Assembly: GCA_041739675.1 (NCBI GenBank)
Contig: JBGSNL010000010.1
Coordinates: 1-16,865 of the forward strand
DNA: 16,865 bases
Direction of reading: 5' to 3'
From: a bacterium
GTDB lineage: Bacteria; UBA10199; 2-02-FULL-44-16; DYJF01
A model generated the notes under the pieces. That model saw only the letters and a list, made by a program, of their open reading frames with translations, was not told where the DNA came from and searched no databases. The position numbers were made by a program, and so were the translations under genes. Positions 15,801 to 16,865 of the stretch are shown piece after piece (positions within the stretch are counted from its first letter, which is position 1; the number at the start of each line of letters is the position of its first letter).

Positions 15801-16865
15801 GAAGATCTTCAGAGACTCGATCTGCAGGTAACGCTTCTGTCTGAGATCTTGGGCACCCCCGAACCGTATGCGCGTCTCATGGATAGAATGGGCCGCGCCT
15901 ACAACAGGTTCGATGCAAGAATGCATGCCGCGGCCGTTGAAAATGAAAGACGGGAACATGCGATCGCCCTGGCCGAAGGAACGCTTCAGAATTTCATCGG
16001 AGACGTTGAAAGATTCACGTTCCAATATTCGGCTGCAATTTTTGCCGATGGCATGGATCGCGGCACAATTGCCAGGGCAAGGGCGAAAATTGAAGAGGGA
16101 TTGAGAACGGCAAGCGGGCTCACCAGACAGTTCAAAGGCTCCGTAGACAGTGAGTGGGACGAATTCAAAACTTTGGCACCGATTGTCGGCAAGGAGGACC
16201 ACTTCACGGAGATACTCGATGTCGTTCCAGATACTATTGGAGCTCTCGAGGCAAAACTGAGAGAAGAAGAGGAGCTTTTAGATCTCCGCCTTGAAGAGAT
16301 AGGCGACGAGGAAAAACAGACAGCCATCAATTCGGATGCGATGCAAACCGTATCACAGGCGGACAAACTGAAAGACAGAATTTCAGCGCTTGAAAGTACG
16401 GTTACCGGCGCTGCTTCGAATATCGACGACTTCCGGACAACCAACATCGGTGCTGCCCTCAGTTCTCCGCCGGCAACTGAGAACTTTGATTCTTACAACC
16501 TCGCATGGGCAAATTTTACGAGTTTCTCACAGCATATCGATAGTTACAGGCAACAGATCGAATCGCTTCAAAAAAATCTGGACGAGTTGGCCGCCGATCC
16601 GGTCGCCGCACAGCTTCACGTCTCCGAAGAGATTGCCACGGACGACGCGAGGACAAGAACTCAAAAGGCGAGAGAGGATCTTGAGCAGGTTGTATCCGCG
16701 GCGCAGACGGCAATTGAAGATGCGCGCTCAAAACTTTCGGCCGCCGAAACGGGGCTTCACAATCTCGAATTGAAACTTCAAAGCGATGAGGCATTAATCG
16801 CACTTCCATCATCCGTAACGATGCCTCAGAGGACCAGCATCGCAAATACTGAACTCGTCCGCCAG
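12837..16865 (+). CDS. Very large hypothetical protein, 3' partial (at least 1343 aa), largely helical with a coiled-coil-like distal region
   Basis: Not in the ORF track because it has no stop in the window. Manual translation from ATG 12837 (MATDLIANLSSDSQRRQDAARAVEEYVARTNPTGNELSNLRQIRDALL...) stays open for 4029 nt to ...SIANTELVRQ. The track shows only short alternative-frame or antisense ORFs here. Confidence 0.88.
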   Translation, partial: MATDLIANLSSDSQRRQDAARAVEEYVARTNPTGNELSNLRQIRDALLVEGNSFIALDETQTELLGRITGASAPSALASAARFSDTAPALDLYVPFVQRRGGDTLRTFIDDNLDALGLGIGVSPAERRELVQNFFEKTGIRLGTAKRWGTPRENNEFVEPADLDQVLAVFTWLDNQARENGARVDIIEYFASIYPQIASMIERSSGNEIVIRVPKFMEGISFDEYSYSSFAQAAQRARLVPEMAEATKGGHIRGEVERPRFETLDRYATLISQKAEGDDAHRRQIFDFLVVLRLLSIFKNTVPIRDEAGRLLTTPNPLVRTAYAIRIVPENELTDYLSFAGTARFSTQRWPFSDIASGRMDRMFDILERRLTAMKLLSSVIETDEAQMRQFEQRLGEFTVQHEIHKANIQDRNAPAEVRTLEYLNEVKEFYRRFNLFFGQKLFYTHIRGTVQQGNITAAFEIVPKINGIPINSLAHGRVTVFTDDLIETANREDWPEGELETAFKLRVITNRMVASGAADRSILDSAQSILSAVTGLNLGIDAGLLSKAADALVALNKKTGGEDAVETSLYSFLRLRTTGTQPTSRYYLYSAMPWQTKMAEYYQSQGYSPDTLEIDTAIAESYFVSVRHPLFVYNEGRLESEISKLYDNPQDASAARERMIGFFKAIGVRTDPAEIHPLTPEETGPDLKAIEWAFRDYLELFPGARVLGAQIEINEALLVEVVDRQIAEHPNAGLRRGFIMRGVKKAIEDFNRGRTQSLGEIAVENYPLPTGGLLDKRFNAFVSSWEARTGAQLDRTALLVTYNILKDNGLSADAIEDNLRNAGVAELDLDDHIEFMTEWLPRSRAYRSAFEHVITAGDVTQFLQKKENEQYNSPLVSAEDIASIALEYVKQRLASPPQINVDVDSIIASQIGHSFDPYPSVKAQAIPFYRMMVGLYLKDLYPRVKELRELAVAAIDDAAETFEGFDYAGAYTALERSVLTTLGFSNAEDLQRLDLQVTLLSEILGTPEPYARLMDRMGRAYNRFDARMHAAAVENERREHAIALAEGTLQNFIGDVERFTFQYSAAIFADGMDRGTIARARAKIEEGLRTASGLTRQFKGSVDSEWDEFKTLAPIVGKEDHFTEILDVVPDTIGALEAKLREEEELLDLRLEEIGDEEKQTAINSDAMQTVSQADKLKDRISALESTVTGAASNIDDFRTTNIGAALSSPPATENFDSYNLAWANFTSFSQHIDSYRQQIESLQKNLDELAADPVAAQLHVSEEIATDDARTRTQKAREDLEQVVSAAQTAIEDARSKLSAAETGLHNLELKLQSDEALIALPSSVTMPQRTSIANTELVRQ

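Noticed and set aside
12824..16845. Many short ORFs on both strands suggesting a fragmented or pseudogenised region
   Set aside because: All lie within one uninterrupted plus-strand frame starting at 12837, which the track omitted because it has no stop.
1..16865. CRISPR arrays, tRNA/rRNA genes, IS elements, integrases or phage genes
   Set aside because: No regularly spaced repeats, RNA gene signatures or transposase/integrase motifs were seen, and the window is almost entirely coding.

Overview
Bacterial chromosomal window of roughly 50% GC (by eye) with two distinct halves. The left half (1-8955) is mostly housekeeping or metabolic. A minus-strand run encodes a membrane-embedded spermidine-synthase-like protein, nuoA, nuoB and an exported helical/TPR-like protein (partial, absent from the ORF track). 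A divergent plus-strand run encodes a YprB/RNase_H_2-like DEDD nuclease, an atypical TrxB-fold flavoprotein lacking CxxC, and a HAD phosphatase. A minus-strand operon encodes DUF2203, an MBL-fold hydrolase and YitJ behind a near-consensus, probably leaderless sigma-70 promoter. The right half (9008-16865) is the most unusual part: three large plus-strand ORFs of no family I recognise (612 aa, 599 aa, and an open-ended ORF of at least 1343 aa absent from the track). The first two are full-length diverged paralogs with possible degenerate protein-kinase-like motifs. Both end in a Gly/Pro linker, an STVxGxxxxxExxGG motif and an Arg-rich tail of exactly 56 aa. I found no cysteine in any of the three (about 2550 residues). 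Both intergenic regions heading these genes carry the same 29-bp motif (22/29 identical) with sigma-28-like geometry. Together this suggests, by inference only, a co-regulated cassette of exported effector-like proteins with a C-terminal secretion or processing signal. No RNA genes, CRISPR arrays or mobile elements were seen.
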